Of a stretch of DNA of 64,000 nt, positions 37,674 through 50,489 are shown one piece after another. Location of the stretch: the NCBI GenBank assembly GCA_020891255.1, contig BQFW01000004.1:2666001-2730000 (forward strand), in the 5' to 3' direction. Source of the stretch: Entomortierella parvispora E1425. Lineage: Eukaryota; Fungi; Mortierellomycota. The translations under genes were made by a program, and so were the position numbers. The notes beneath the pieces are model-generated. The model ran no database searches and was not told where the DNA came from. It saw nothing but the letters and a program-made list of their open reading frames with translations. Each line of letters starts with the position of its first letter. Position 1 is the first letter of the stretch.

Positions 37674-40101
37674 ATGCCACCTAAACGAAAGGCGAGCGCC
37701 AAAGCGACCACGGACGGGGCACCCCCTGCAAAGGTTGCCAACACTGCCAAGGGGAAGAAGGATCCAGCCCCCAAAAAGGCCCCGTCGAAAGCAGCCCTGG
37801 CCAAAGCTGCCGCCGCGGCTGTGTCTGCCCCATCCGAGGGACCTCTTGTAAGTAGAAGGAGAAATACCACGGCTGCAAATTATCAATTTTCCTATCCCAG
37901 TGCATCGCCTTTCGATGCTTGAATGATGGATGGATGGCAGTGTTATTTGTTGTTGCGTTGTTCGTTCGTTTGCGCTGTTCCTTTCTCTCCCTCCTTCTCC
38001 CTCCTTCTCCCTCCCTCTCTCTCTCATTCTCTCATTCTCCTCCACACCACTCAACCGACACCACTTTGTGCAGCCCTGATTCCCTCGTTTCCCTCATTCA
38101 CCCACACCCACACCCCTTCACATACGTTCTCATTGGGCTCAAATCCCCTTCCTACCCAACTACACCCCGCATTCCACTCCCTTGGCCTGTTCTCCCCAAC
38201 TCACCATGGGCAACAAAAGCAGCACCTCCAGAGGCGACATCAACATCAAATCTAGGGGAGCAAAGGTCGACACTACACCTGTCTCCTCATTTCGCACATC
38301 GTAAGGAGGATCAGCGGGTGTTGCAGCATGCCTCCCAGTGGAACACACGCCTGGGGCACATTGCTGTTGGAATCACAGGCTTCAGCTGACTCTTTTTGCC
38401 ACCACTGTGTGCCCTGTTGTGTTGCTAGACCCAAGAGCAGGGACTATGATAGCAATAGGTTAGCTGCAAAGTCAGCGTACATCTCCACAGCACCCATCCC
38501 AACAACACCAACGTCGATACCCGTCCCTATAAAAGTATGTCGGCTCAAGCCGACTGGAGGTTTTTTTTTTTTTGGTTTTTTTTTTTTTTGGTTTTTCTTG
38601 TTTTTTTACCATCTGCCTATTCTTTGCGCGTCTTCTAAAACCTCTTTGAGAAGGAGCGCGCCTACTGCCGTTTGACTCTTGACCACTAATACTCTGTCGG
38701 CCTTCATTTCCTTTAGGATCAATTTGATGTAGGGCGCTGCACGAGATGGTTCGAGTCGTTCACCGGTACGCAAGGTTCAATGGGTATCTGTACAGATCTA
38801 CTGGAAAACTCCCTAATTTTTTTTTCCCATTGATGCGACTCAGGTCTTGAGGAGGACGACCTTGGCAACGAGCAGATTGGACCTGCAGGAATCTCAAAGC
38901 TTTGCGAGGATATCGGCGTGTCACTGGAGGCTGTAAGATATTTGGCGTTCAAATGTATCATCCCTGCGCACGAGATTCTTCAACTGGAGGATTTGCCCTA
39001 ACAGAACCAATCGAACGTTCCATGCCACCAATGGCCATCCCATTTAGGTTGATATGCTCGTCCTCGCCTTCCACCTAAATGCCGACACCATGCGTAAGTT
39101 TCCAATGCCCAACTGCTGAAACGTCTGTGTGGGGTTCAAAGGAGGAAGGATGGACCGGGCCATGTGACGGAATTTTTCAAATTGATAATAACAGCCAGAT
39201 GATCTGCACCGCCGCATGGGGGATCTCTTTCTTTCTTCAAATACTTCCTCATTTAGCCTTCTTCTCCAAAGAAGAATGGATCAAAGGCATGAAAAAATTA
39301 GAGTAAGTCTATCAACGTGGCACTCTCGCCATCTGTTTCTTTCTTGTAATCTGCGGCTGACGTTGGCTCAAATGCTCTCGCACCTTTCGTTATTTTTGTA
39401 TGAAACAGGGTGGACTCGACGATAAAGCTCAAGGCAGCAATGCCGGGTTTGGTGGCCAAACTGAAGAACCCCGTCGACTTTAAGGAGTTTTATCGATACA
39501 TCTTTATGTTTGTCAAGAACTCGGAGCAAAAGTGCATGGATGTTGAGGTAAGAATGTCTATTTACGTTATTCTCTTCGCTCACATCCTCAGCGACCATTT
39601 AGTGGAAGTATCCTTGACTGAACTCAATACACCTGCGCTGAACCATTAGACTGCATGTCGCATGTTGGAGACTGTTATGGCGGGAAGGCCACACACAAAG
39701 AGCTTCGTAGCCTTCCTAGAGGTAAAACAATTTGGAAAGTCAGACTTTTAGGTTGAGGTGCGAACAACCGAACAGAATCACTTACTCGACTCGTGCTTGC
39801 AACAAATAATTAGGAAAAAAAACCGGTCAAGGTCATCAACAAAGATCAATGGTACAACTTTCTCGACTTTTCGGACTCAGTGTCGGAAGATCTCACGAAT
39901 TATGACGGGATCAGCTCTGCCTGTAAGTTTCGTATCAAAGACAAGGAGTATTCAAGATTGCCTAAAGTGAACCGGGATGCGTTTACACGTCTTTCCATGA
40001 TTGTGCCGTACATTAACTTGTTTTTACGCTTTGGAATTTTGCTTCTTCCAGGGCCTGTTCTATTGGACGAGTACGTCGAGTGGAGGAATGACTCGTCGTG
40101 A
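37674..40101 (+). CDS. DCN1-like cullin neddylation protein (PONY domain, no UBA domain, basic N-terminus), many exons
   Basis: DQFDVGRCTRWFESF, IGPAGISKLCEDIGVS, MLVLAFHLNA, FSKEEWIKGM, FKEFYRYIFMF, VINKDQWYNFLDFS, WPVLLDEYVEW. The first intron is predicted at about 37849-38715. Confidence 0.9.
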
Positions 40102-41404
40102 TTGAGTGTCAGCGTCTATGGAGAGTCTCTTTTTTCCTCCAGGGATAAAGCTACACTTTGGTTGTTCCTTTTGCGACATTCATGGACGGAGAGGGCGATG
40201 AACAACGCGAGGCTATATGTGGAATGACATCCCTGTACCCTCCAAAATGAAAAAAGCTCGATCCCTCGTCCTTTTGACAAAAGAAACCTATCATTCACTT
40301 CCTTTCTGTCTTAGAACATCCTACGCACAAAATGAGCAATGAATACAATGAAAGAAAAAGTTCTCACAAGAAGCACACTTTCTGCCTTGAACAGGCGCAA
40401 ATGAAGTTGACGAGATCGGGGGCAAAATATGAGGATTCTCCCCCCTCCATTGCATAGAAAGGACATCCGGGCTTCTTTCTAGTCAGCCCGTGTTGGACAG
40501 CAATGCGCCTTGGTTGGAATGTAATGGACAGGTCGGAACGATCTTGTTGGCTTTGACGATCTTATCCCCTAAAGCTCTGGCTTGATCAATGTCTCCGCTC
40601 CCTTTTCCTTTTCCTTTCTCCTCCTCTTCATCCTCCACCAATTTCTTCTTCCTTTGGCTTTATTTCCATCCTCTACACCCTCAAAATCGTAAAGCAACAA
40701 TGGGAAATGAAAAGATGTCGTCTTATAATCTATTGACTACATTACTTTTTTTCATTTCTTTCATCAGCTTGTTCGTCATGAACCGCTCCTCTGCAACTAA
40801 GAGAGATTTTGCGAAACACTGAACTTTTGGAAAGGAGATTCCAGATGCGGACCCAAAGGAAACTTGGAGAACCATGCAAGTTCAGTGACTATTGCCTCGA
40901 TGGCACACGGTGCGTCTACTGGAAGCAAATTTGCAGAAGATTGTAGGGAAACAAAATGAGGCCCTCTCATCACTCCACTGAGTAACCCCTCCGCTCTGTT
41001 CTACCCAAAAAGGTAAAAAAAAACCCACCTACACAAAAGCTGGCGCCGACAAGTTGTGGGACAGGGCAAAGAATAGAATAGGATGAAGACGTTCCATGAT
41101 TCTTTACAGAGCACCCCCTGAATTGATAAGGGGCTTTTTTTTTTTTTTTTTTTTTTTTGCGCTCCCTGACATGAGAATATGGACGGCGGACTCTTCTGAC
41201 TTTCCATGTTTTCTTTTCTTTCACCACCCGCTATTCTGAAGGATGAGTCTTCCGTGTTGTGATCAGGGGTATGTGCAGTTCAGAACCAATACAGAGAGTG
41301 AATAAACACCTTCTGACTTGGTTTGTGTGAATGAAGTACGTGCAGACAGTCCGTACCATTTGCTTTATTGGAGGGCGAGTGTTTACTACAAGAAGCAGGG
41401 ACTA

Positions 41405-41662
41405 CTAGGGAATGGGCGAACATCCAGCAGCAACACATCCGGCCATGCATGTGCCGAGACCATAGTTGCAGCCCATGATCGCAGCTGGGACACCTGCACC
41501 TGCAGTGGCGGTCCCGAAAGTAAAGCCCGCAGCAGTATAGCAGGCAACAACCAGTGCATTGCACCCAGTCTGACAGACTGCGTACGACAGAGGCCCTGCT
41601 TGAGTGAACCCAAGGACCGAAAGAGCCGCTGAAGCAAGTAGAGAGTTCCAGATCTTCACCAT
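41405..41662 (-). CDS. Small secreted cysteine-rich protein (GP-x2-Y-x2-CQ-x-GC family), 85 aa
   Basis: Signal peptide, then GPLSYAVCQTGCNALVVACYTAAGFTFG...CNYGLGTCMAGC. This is a conserved six-Cys pattern of a widespread small-protein family. Confidence 0.8.
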   Translation of the reverse strand: MVKIWNSLLASAALSVLGFTQAGPLSYAVCQTGCNALVVACYTAAGFTFGTATAGAGVPAAIMGCNYGLGTCMAGCVAAGCSPIP

Positions 41663-42644
41663 GGTTTTTTGAAGCACGAATTGTGGTGGCTAAAAACAAT
41701 TGCGACAAAAAAAAAGAGAGGGTGGATATGTCGATCAACGTCCCTTGCTTACTTTGCTTTGCCGTTGCTCTATTTGAAACTTTTGACAAACCTGTAGTGA
41801 TAGAGAGTGATAGTGAAGGAAGATATGAAGGAGATCAGTTTCGATAAAGGATGAAAAGGATTAGGAGCCTTTTATATGAAGGATATCGACCTCAAATGGC
41901 AAAGCAACCCTCAAGCATGGCAAAGCTGGCGCTTTGGTTCGGCTGGTGTTGTACTACACCTTCATGCGCATGAAGATCGGTGTCGTAAAGCCACCCTGCT
42001 TATGGTCCGACCACATCAGACTCGCTGCAGTGTTATCGCCTTATTGGTCCCACACCCTTGGCATTCTGGGACGAAATTGGGTTCCCTCTAGGTTTTCTCC
42101 ACACGCGTTGTGAACGCGTCTGAAAAGTCGTATTTCAGAGCACGGTCAATCAAAGGGTGACAGCAAGCACATATTTACTTTTTGGATGAGATTAACGGTG
42201 ATCTGTCCCCTCAAACATATCAATTGCTTCCTTTCCCCTCCAGAGAGAAGTATTTTACGATCGGGGTAGACTGCCGAGGATCTATCTTTGCAAAATTATA
42301 AGTGGAAAAGAGTTGCATGGCGATGTCCTCGATGTTCCCGATTCTTTTTTTTCTTTCTGTCTCTAGTCTCTTTTCCACACGGAGACTTTACTCCTTTGCC
42401 AAACAAACCCCGTAATTTCGACCTATCTTCCCGGCTTCCAACTGAAATGTGCTGGAAGCATATCGCACAAGGGGCAAGGATCCGAAAGGGGTTAGACAGG
42501 CCTTCCTTATAATAGACCAGCCTGGCGCCCGACTCTTTCGATCCAGTAACCTTCTGATCACATCCTTTTTTTCCATTACGACAGTCTCCAGTCCTCAATC
42601 CCAAATCCCTTTCACCCACACAATCGCACACACTCTCCATCGAC

Positions 42645-43058
42645 ATGCTGTCTTTCTTGCGACTGACAATTGCGGCGCTAGCGCTCACTGCCGTATCCTT
42701 TGTTGCTGCTGAGGGCGAGGGAACACCGAACTATGACAGCAACATTCTGGGCGATTTCAAGGAAGACAGGAAGACGGACGATGGTTCTTACACACTGTAT
42801 TCATTCCGGAACGACAACACTTTTACAGAAACGGTTCAGCTCCCATGCACTACAGCACCCTGTCAACCCTCCTCTGTCGAGGGTCACTTTAAAGTCCTTC
42901 TAGGAAATCGCCCAGGAGTACAATACCAACTTGTCTTGGATGGAGGAGGAGCAGAGGTGTCGCACCGACTCAACATTTTCAGCAACGCTTGCATTCTCAT
43001 GATCGATGACGTTCGATACATTAACACGAGCGATAAATGCAACACTTTTCGTCAATAG
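42645..43058 (+). CDS. Small secreted protein, 137 aa, four Cys, predicted beta-rich
   Basis: Clear signal peptide MLSFLRLTIAALALTAVSFVAA, intronless ORF with coding-like composition. Confidence 0.75.
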   Translation: MLSFLRLTIAALALTAVSFVAAEGEGTPNYDSNILGDFKEDRKTDDGSYTLYSFRNDNTFTETVQLPCTTAPCQPSSVEGHFKVLLGNRPGVQYQLVLDGGGAEVSHRLNIFSNACILMIDDVRYINTSDKCNTFRQ

Positions 43059-43506
43059 ACTGCTTGTTCCTACTGAAGTTTTTTTTAGCCAAAAGGACCA
43101 TGGGGATGAGAGATGTTTTGGGGACGTATGAGCAAGGCCACCGAGACCATGGTCCTTGCCGTTGTTCTTCTTGTCTCTCCTTTTTTTTTCAGACGTCAAA
43201 CCTCGTGCCCCTTCACACTCTACGCCATGAGATCTCCTCCCGCTGGAGGGTTGGAGTGGCTTGTATTTCAGGAACCATCCCAATTGTAGGGGGGCAAAGT
43301 GGGCGACTGCATTAGAGTCTAGAGATTTTTCCTTCGCTTGTGCATGGTGATTGCCCCTCTCTTGCCTCAGCCAGAGTCGTGTGAAAGTTTTCTCTGTTGT
43401 CTTTTCTGGAAGGCTCAACACAGCTCTTCTTTATCATTATCAGATTCTTCCATTGGTCATCAAACAGATCGATTGAAGGTATAAAAAGATGGCGTATATT
43501 TTTTTT

Positions 43507-43546
43507 TCAAATGGCATCGTTGTCCATTGCAGGAGGGTATCGCACG

Positions 43547-43577
<31 letters not shown>

Positions 43578-44766
43578 AATCCTGTTGTGGAAGCGGGTAA
43601 CCCTGCTGTTGCTGCTGGTAATCCTGTTGTGGAAGCGGGTAACCCTGCTGCTGCTGCTGAGACTGGTATCCCTGTTGCTGCTGTTGTTGCTGTTGGTTGG
43701 GGTAGGTGGCGTGAGCGGCCTTCCAGTCGTCATGGTCTCTCTCCAGCTGTGCCTTGACCACGGCCAATTCATCTGTCGTCCACTTGCGCACAAAGTGACT
43801 GATGACAAACGTGAGGACTCCAGCAGTTCCCAGACAGCAAGCGAGGACAATGTTGCCCCACATCACCAATTGATCGATCGTCATGCTGCTAAAATAAAAA
43901 ACCAGGCGCAGTGCAAACTCCGCGAGCAAAGCAACGCCCCAGGCAAGGGTCGACGCCCGCATGCCCCTTCGGTATTGATGACTCCATTGCCAGCAAAAGT
44001 CCGATCGCGTCTGCTCCACCAGCTTGTCCTCGACAAAATAACGGATCTTGGGGGCCGCGGCCATCATCTGGGCCGAGACGCCCGCGGTCAAGGGTTTGAC
44101 CTCGAACTTTCCAATTTTGAGGGGGATCAAGGACACCATGAAGATGACGCCTGTGGCGCCGGTCACGAACGAGTCTCGAAGGAGAAGCACGCGGGGGTCC
44201 CCGTCCACGACCGAGAGGATGGCGGAGAGGACGAATCCAAAGAGCACAAGGATACCAATGGGATCGACCTTTCGGTAGACGATAATTTTGAAGATGGTAT
44301 TGAGGGCTGGGGGTGCACTGGAGATCAACAGGGCTGCAAGAGTTGAGATATGGCTCTTGAGTACGTACTGTGGTTATTTTTTTAGAGAGATGGAAAGACG
44401 TCATCGTCATGGAGTAAATTGGGTTAGTTTCCTATTCCTTTTTTTTATGACCAAGCCCCCTCCCTCCAAGTCGAACGGGGCAGGGGTGGGAGTGCAATTG
44501 ATCAAGGATCTTACGTAGAGAATGACTGGAAGGACAACATCGAGGAACATGCTGATGGCAAGCATCTTCAACTGCTGTCTCTTGGCCGCCTTGTTTTCAA
44601 CATCGACCACAGAGGGCTGGCGTTGGATACCATCGCGGAGTGGCTGTGCGCTGCTGTCGTTCAATGGCACAGTCACAGACTCGGAGGAGAGCCTGGGGTC
44701 AGAAGTGGGCAAGAGGGAGGAATCCTTCTTGTCCTTCATTTTCTTGTAGGCGGCAGCAAGAAGCAT
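43507..44766 (-). CDS. VC0807-like multi-pass membrane protein with Gln-rich tail; exons 44766..44515 and 44367..43507
   Basis: FLDVVLPVILYYVLK, RKVDPIGILVLFGF, DPRVLLLRDSFVTG, WGVALLAEFALR. Intron GTAAGA...CACAG keeps the frame. Confidence 0.75.
43557..43662 (-). repeat. 42-bp coding duplication (QQQQGYPLPQQDYQ x2) within a CAG tract
   Basis: gctgctggtaatcctgttgtggaagcgggtaaccctgct occurs twice on the + strand. Confidence 0.9.
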
Positions 44767-45061
44767 GGTGGATTGTGATATGTCTCGCAAGTGTTGGAAA
44801 AGGGTGGGAAAAAAGATGGAGCTGTAGAGAGTTTTTTCGGAAAAGAGGGGGGAGTTTGAAAGGTATTTATGGGGACGGGAAGGCAAGGATGTGTGGATAG
44901 ATGCCACTCCTCTGCTGCTGGTCTCTCTTGGCCACAAAAGTAAGGTCGTGGCTGTGTGCAATAGCTTGAAAAGCAGACGAGCCTAAAGGAATCAAGGCTG
45001 TGTGGCTGGTTTTCTTGGCTCCCTTTTTTTCCCCTCCCGCAGGACGCAAGCCCAAACGTGC

Positions 45062-45099
<38 letters not shown>

Positions 45100-45812
45100 T
45101 TGTCCAACTGGTCCAACAGCCTTGGCCGCTTTCCAAAAGGGGGTCAGTTGCAAGAGCGCATGTCGTTTGAGGCAGTAGGGATGAAGACAACATCCCCTAT
45201 AGGAGCTCAGTGGCCAAGAATGACAATCCCTCCCACATGTGGACAACAGATTCTCCAAAACCTGGCCGAAACGGCACCGAGGCTGTCGTATCCGCAGATT
45301 GGTCAAGAACATCTGGAAAGGAAAAATCCAATGATCACCCAGAGGTAATTGGCTGTGGTCAGAGCCGGGCGGTGTTTCTCTGCGAGTTCTTTTCAGGACC
45401 AGCTTGGCTGGTGGTTAAATTGAAACCCGGATTTTTTTTTTTCTGTTCAGGGAGAAGGACGACCTCACCGGTAATAACGAGAAGCGTCGGTAAGTTGAAA
45501 GGGAGAATTTATCCGTATCAAAGATAGATCCTTCCTTGGGACTATAGGTGGGCGCAGGCAGGTAGATCCCGAAACATTTTCATGGTGACCTTCTCCCTCT
45601 GCAATTGGCCAGCAAATGCAAACGCGCTTCGCCAATCAATTAGTTCCCTTCACTCGCAATAAGGTCGCGCTGCCCCAAGAATCCAAAGGAAACAAAAAGG
45701 TTGAACAAAAATATGACAAGTTGTCATTTTCTTTTTTATTTTCACTGCAAAAGAATGAAAAACTCATTTCCGCGAGGGGTGTTCACGATCCGACATGCCA
45801 GTCTAGCCCATT

Positions 45813-46671
45813 TTACATCTCTTTCAAGAGTTTCTTGTGCTCCTTGACAACGCTAGATTCCTCGAGGTTCTGAATGATATCAGGGAGCTGCTTAAAGAAG
45901 CACGACTTGCGGTTGCCAGCAGAGGAACTCAGCTGACCAATCCAATCATCCAACCCACCGTCTCCGATCAAGGACTCGAGTTTTTCAGCGTAGGTGATAA
46001 AGTAAGACGTGTTGATACGAAGCAAGGAGCGGTTGATGTAGTACTTTTGATCAATGTACGTTTTCTTGCCGCTAGAAGTGGCGTGCATGCTCAAATGAGC
46101 ATAGAAAATGGAGATGTAGGTAAGGTCGCCAATCTGGGTGACAGTGTCCTGGGAGAAAATTGCTCGATCGCTCGACGAAGAGCTCTTCTTCAGGATACTT
46201 TCGGCCATTTTTTCGATCGATTCAGCCGTCTTGGTGATATCACCGGAACCATAGCCCGCATAGGCGTCCAGAATCTGGCTGATCATGAGGCTAATGTCCC
46301 TGGACGTGCTGTGCTCCTGAGTCACCTCGCTTTTCTCGAGGAAAAAGCCGGGGAAGGTGGCGACACGGGCGATATAGTTGTTAAACTCTTCCGACAGATT
46401 TTCGATAGTGGCAGCGGGAACAAACCCCTCCTTCGTAGCCGAGAACTGCATCACGGTAGCGGCACAATCAGGATGCATCGAGGGGGTTTTCCATCGCTCA
46501 AGACCCGAGGAGCTCTCATTTTTAACCCGGTAGAAGTACGGTTGGCAGACCACTTCGGTGTTTCTGTCAGAGGGTGCAGGCGTGGGAGCCTTTCGGGGAA
46601 TACCACGTTGGGGACGGCCGTCAATCCAACCGGTTGAGGTTATCCAATTCGGATTGGCACTGGTTGTTCAT
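45813..46671 (-). CDS. Cyt/volvatoxin-fold-like protein, subfamily C, no signal peptide; probable short first exon 46671..46631 and intron to 46564
   Basis: ATVMQFS, VATFPGFFLEKSE, ISQILDAY, SGKKTY, YAEKLESLI, LDDWIGQLSS. The inferred helix/strand order matches the Cyt fold. The ORF start is GTG with an upstream in-frame stop, so a 5' exon is required; its donor (GTTGGA) is weak. Confidence 0.6.
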
Positions 46672-48350
46672 GATGAATCTATGTGGACATTCATGTCAAG
46701 GAATTGTATTAGATATAGCCCGATGGAATGGATGACCTTTGAATCAAAAACTACGTTCTGGAGAACTCACCTTGGGTGTTGTGCTTGAGGGTGGAGAGGA
46801 AAGAGGTAATTGCAGGAGTGGTGGAGAACGAGACTTGAAGTGACCAAAGCAGCCTTTATATATGTGAAATTCATCGATCTCACTGCGGGGAAAAAAAAAA
46901 AAATGTCAACGAGGACTCCGGCTTGAATGACATGAACCCATTCAATACTCAATCATGGGACATTCTGCCGCTCTTTTAGTGAAGTAAATATTAAAACCTT
47001 TTGTGATCGCTGGTTGCCGAAGATGTTTAAGAACACAAACCAGCTAAGAACACGAATGAAAAACGGATGATCAAGCTCGCGACAACAGTGCTGCACCCCC
47101 CTACCCAAAGAGTAGGCAAAGCGCGCATGAAAAGAGTGACCATGAGGCGCGTGGGATCACTTTGTTCCTTTCAAAGATGGGCGTAATCTCAGTAGAATGC
47201 AAGTTTGTTCATGCAAGCAACCATTCTACGGGGACCCTGCTCGACTCATTCGATGATCTTCCAGATTCATTGCAGCGCATTTACCGATTATCATACCCGC
47301 GGAGGAAAGAACAAAAAAGCAGCAGAAGGAATAATTGACAGTTGCACAGGAACCACTAGATCATTTTCACGATTTGCAGCACTGCTTCTTTTGTTTCTTG
47401 CATTTATATCTAGAACCGCCTTTCGAGTAGATGACCTCGAGGCATTTGTTTGAGCGTAAGCAGAAGCAACAGAAGATGTCGCCCCCTCCCTCGATTGAGA
47501 TCAAGGCATGTCGGCTGCTTCCCCTCTATCTCCTCCTCCTCCTCCCCCACCCCCCCAACTGATTGAGCTGAGGCCTTCTTTTTTTAAAAAATCCTCACAT
47601 CTTTCATGAAGTAGGGTATTGTTTTTTTCTGATTGTTGAGAAATGACGATTTGTTGGCTTGGAAACATTGCCCAGCCATCAATTGCTTCACTCAATTTGT
47701 CAAGTTGGAAACGATGCGTGATTGGTCCTCAAGTGAGCTGCACGTCATGCTGTGCCTGCTTCTCTCACAGACCTACACCCGTGAAAACACCGTTCTTGTC
47801 TACAACTATGATGACTCAAGTATCAACTCGGCCATTTTCCTGACAGAGATCACAACCGAGCACTCAGTGTCTTGTACCAATTGCTGACCGACTGCGTTCA
47901 CCGTGCAAAGAAGATCTAGCCAGTAGAGTAGATAAATACATGGCAACAGACAGACATAGATATGTAAATACCTAGTGCCCAAAAAGAAACATGAGAGGAT
48001 ACTATTATCGAGTCCAAAAGAAGCATCGCGTCCCTGTTGTTGAACCCATAGAAAACAGCCGTTCCCACACTTCGGTACAGTACAGCACTTCTTCCTCCTT
48101 TCGCACTGTCCCTTTCCCCAAAAACAAATATAGGGGGCTGGGGGCGGAGGGGTTTGCCCTTGTCTGTGCAACGCTGGAAACATCAAAACTTCCTTTGCTA
48201 TGCTTGAAGGTTCAAAAAGTATGAAGATGAGTCTTTGTTTACTGCTGAGAGAATCCACTTTTCACTTTATTTTTCAGCGTTTGAATTGCATTTCCAGAGG
48301 ACAGAATGCATAGAGTCGCTACAATAAGAATATCAGGTCTATTCTCAGTC

Positions 48351-49256
48351 TCAGTTGCCATTCTTCCAGTTGTAGAGGGAACGTTGACCCTGGTTCACAA
48401 ATGCCAAAGGATTTTTGTGGCAAGAAGTCTCATTAGAGTCCGCTGGATCAGACTCCACCTTGGGCGAGGCAAAAAAGACCAAAGCGTCGCGGACATTGGT
48501 GATTGGGATCAAGCTGGACAACTTTTCAGCGTATTCGACCAAGTAGGACAAATTGGTCCTGATAACAACGGAGCTCACACCTGCCGCCTGCTCAGGGATA
48601 AAGGTCGTGCCAGTCTTGTCAGCGTCGATGGACACGTCCACGCGAACAAAATTGACATAGGCAACATCCGCACCTTTGGGCTTGTCGATGACGATGAGGC
48701 TGAGCTTCCACTCGTCCACATCTTCGTTCACAATGTACCCGGGGATCATATCGCGGAGGCTGCGAGCAACGAGTGCTTGGTGAGGCTGCGCTATGCCGGC
48801 CTCACGAACAACCTTCTCAAACTGAGTGAGTGATCCATTGAGAGGGAGGGATTCCTGCTCAGAGCGCTCCATGATGAATCCAGGGAAAGTAGATGCCTTC
48901 TCGATAAACTCGCGCAAGTTCAGCGCAAGAGACTTTGCCGGCTGACTCGCAGGTTGAAAGTTGGCCCTGTCTGCTGAGAAGACTAGCACCGAGCTGACGA
49001 CCTCTGCATGGTTCTTGCTATCGCTGAAGATCTCAAGAGGGCTGGCAGAATCATCAACAGTATTCTCACCAACAAAGATTGCATCAGACACAACCGCCTG
49101 AATATTAGTTCGGGCCAAGACGACCGCGGCTAACATGGATATACGATCGATGAATTGTTCAGCAAGGATTAGATTTGAAGGCGAAATAGGATCTCTTCAC
49201 CTATCTCATGTGGATCTACCTGAGCAAAGGAGGAGAATTGACTTGATAACGAGCAT
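48351..49256 (-). CDS. Secreted Cyt-like protein A1; exons 49256..49220 and 49129..48351
   Basis: The spliced N-terminus MLVIKSILLLCSAAVVLA is a signal peptide. It shares VLVFS, STFPGF and YAEKLSSLI motifs with the subfamily C gene. Confidence 0.75.
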
Positions 49257-50489
49257 TGTGATATCTGATGTAGAAGCTTTTGGAGTTGAGACGTAACGAT
49301 CTGCCTCGAGATGCTGGTTTTTTATAGCACCAGAAGAGTCAACAGGAAGTTACAAAAGTAGACGTTCTCTCCCGTTTTTTTTTAAGATGGGAAGTGCTCG
49401 ATCGCCGAATCCAAATCTCCAAGAACAATTGCGCTAGTAGATTAGTCGACTACCCCCTGCTTTCTATTGCTACTTCCGCCTACCGACTCCCATGCATCGT
49501 CTATGGGAAAAAAACCCCCCATGCAGATACCCCTAGTCTCTGTGGTTCGACCGAGAAACGAAAAAAAAAAAAAAAAAAAAAAAAAAACACGACCCTGCTG
49601 GCAACGGTCAAACTTTTTCCTTGCTCCAAGAAGGCTTTTGGGGGTGGAGAAAGTATTTTGGAAAGAGTACAACTTTTGCTTACCGTCATCCAAGAACAAC
49701 CACAATCCTGCAAAGCTACAGCGCTTGGCTGCAGTACAATTGTCTCGCGTTTACCTTTGATCACAAGAACAATCCCGCAAGAAAAATGGCGTGAGAAATC
49801 GCATCATACACCCCTGTCTTTGCAGCCAAAAGACAGCCCCAAAGCAGGACATGAATATTCTCAAAGAAAACAACCAGACTGCCTTGACAGGACTGGGAAG
49901 CGCATGCCATCCTTCCTTGAAAGTAAAACTCCTGGGTGCAAGTGCTTGGCCTCCACGATTTGCAGTGGGAAACTGACGGGTGCCGACAAAAGTCCGGATT
50001 GATTTTGCCCAACCTGGCAAATGTGGAAGACAACATCTCTCTCAGGGCCTAGGCCATTCTTATTCGCCACTAGTTACACCCCATAGAATTGATATACCCA
50101 CCCACCATCCGTCCGCGGAAGATCCCTTGTCGTCATTTCGAGTAAGCAAGGATGAATGTGCTCCTTCCAGTTCTGGGAATGACACTATTCCCTACAATGT
50201 ATCTCTAAAGGGATGATGATCGCTGACGCTTGAATGAATGAAACTGTAGAAGCAGCTCGCACGAAGATATAAATAAGCAAAAAAAAAAAAAAAAGATTGA
50301 CAACTTCGAATGAAATAAAATCATCTCCATTTTTTGCTTCGGAGGCTTGCTCTGTGCTTCAGCTGATATTTGCAGACTGGGGTGTGGCAACGAAAGAATG
50401 GTAATGGATGGAGACATGGGTTAAAACAGAAGGCCTTGAGTGAGATGTACCTCCAAGAAGTGGTCACCACAAGGCCGTACCTTTCACCA

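Noticed and set aside
38428-38458. Extra DCN1-like exon (PKSRDYDSN)
   Set aside because: Exon 1 splices in frame directly to about 38716, and this segment has a stop in the required phase.
40589-40822. Short hydrophobic ORF (MGNEKMSSYNLLTTLLFFISF...)
   Set aside because: It is very short and T-rich, with no homology or splice support.
45837-46637. 266-aa plus-strand ORF
   Set aside because: It is the antisense shadow of the Cyt-C gene, with no independent motifs. The same applies to 48306..48833, 50993..51481, 53074..53637 and 56883..57446.
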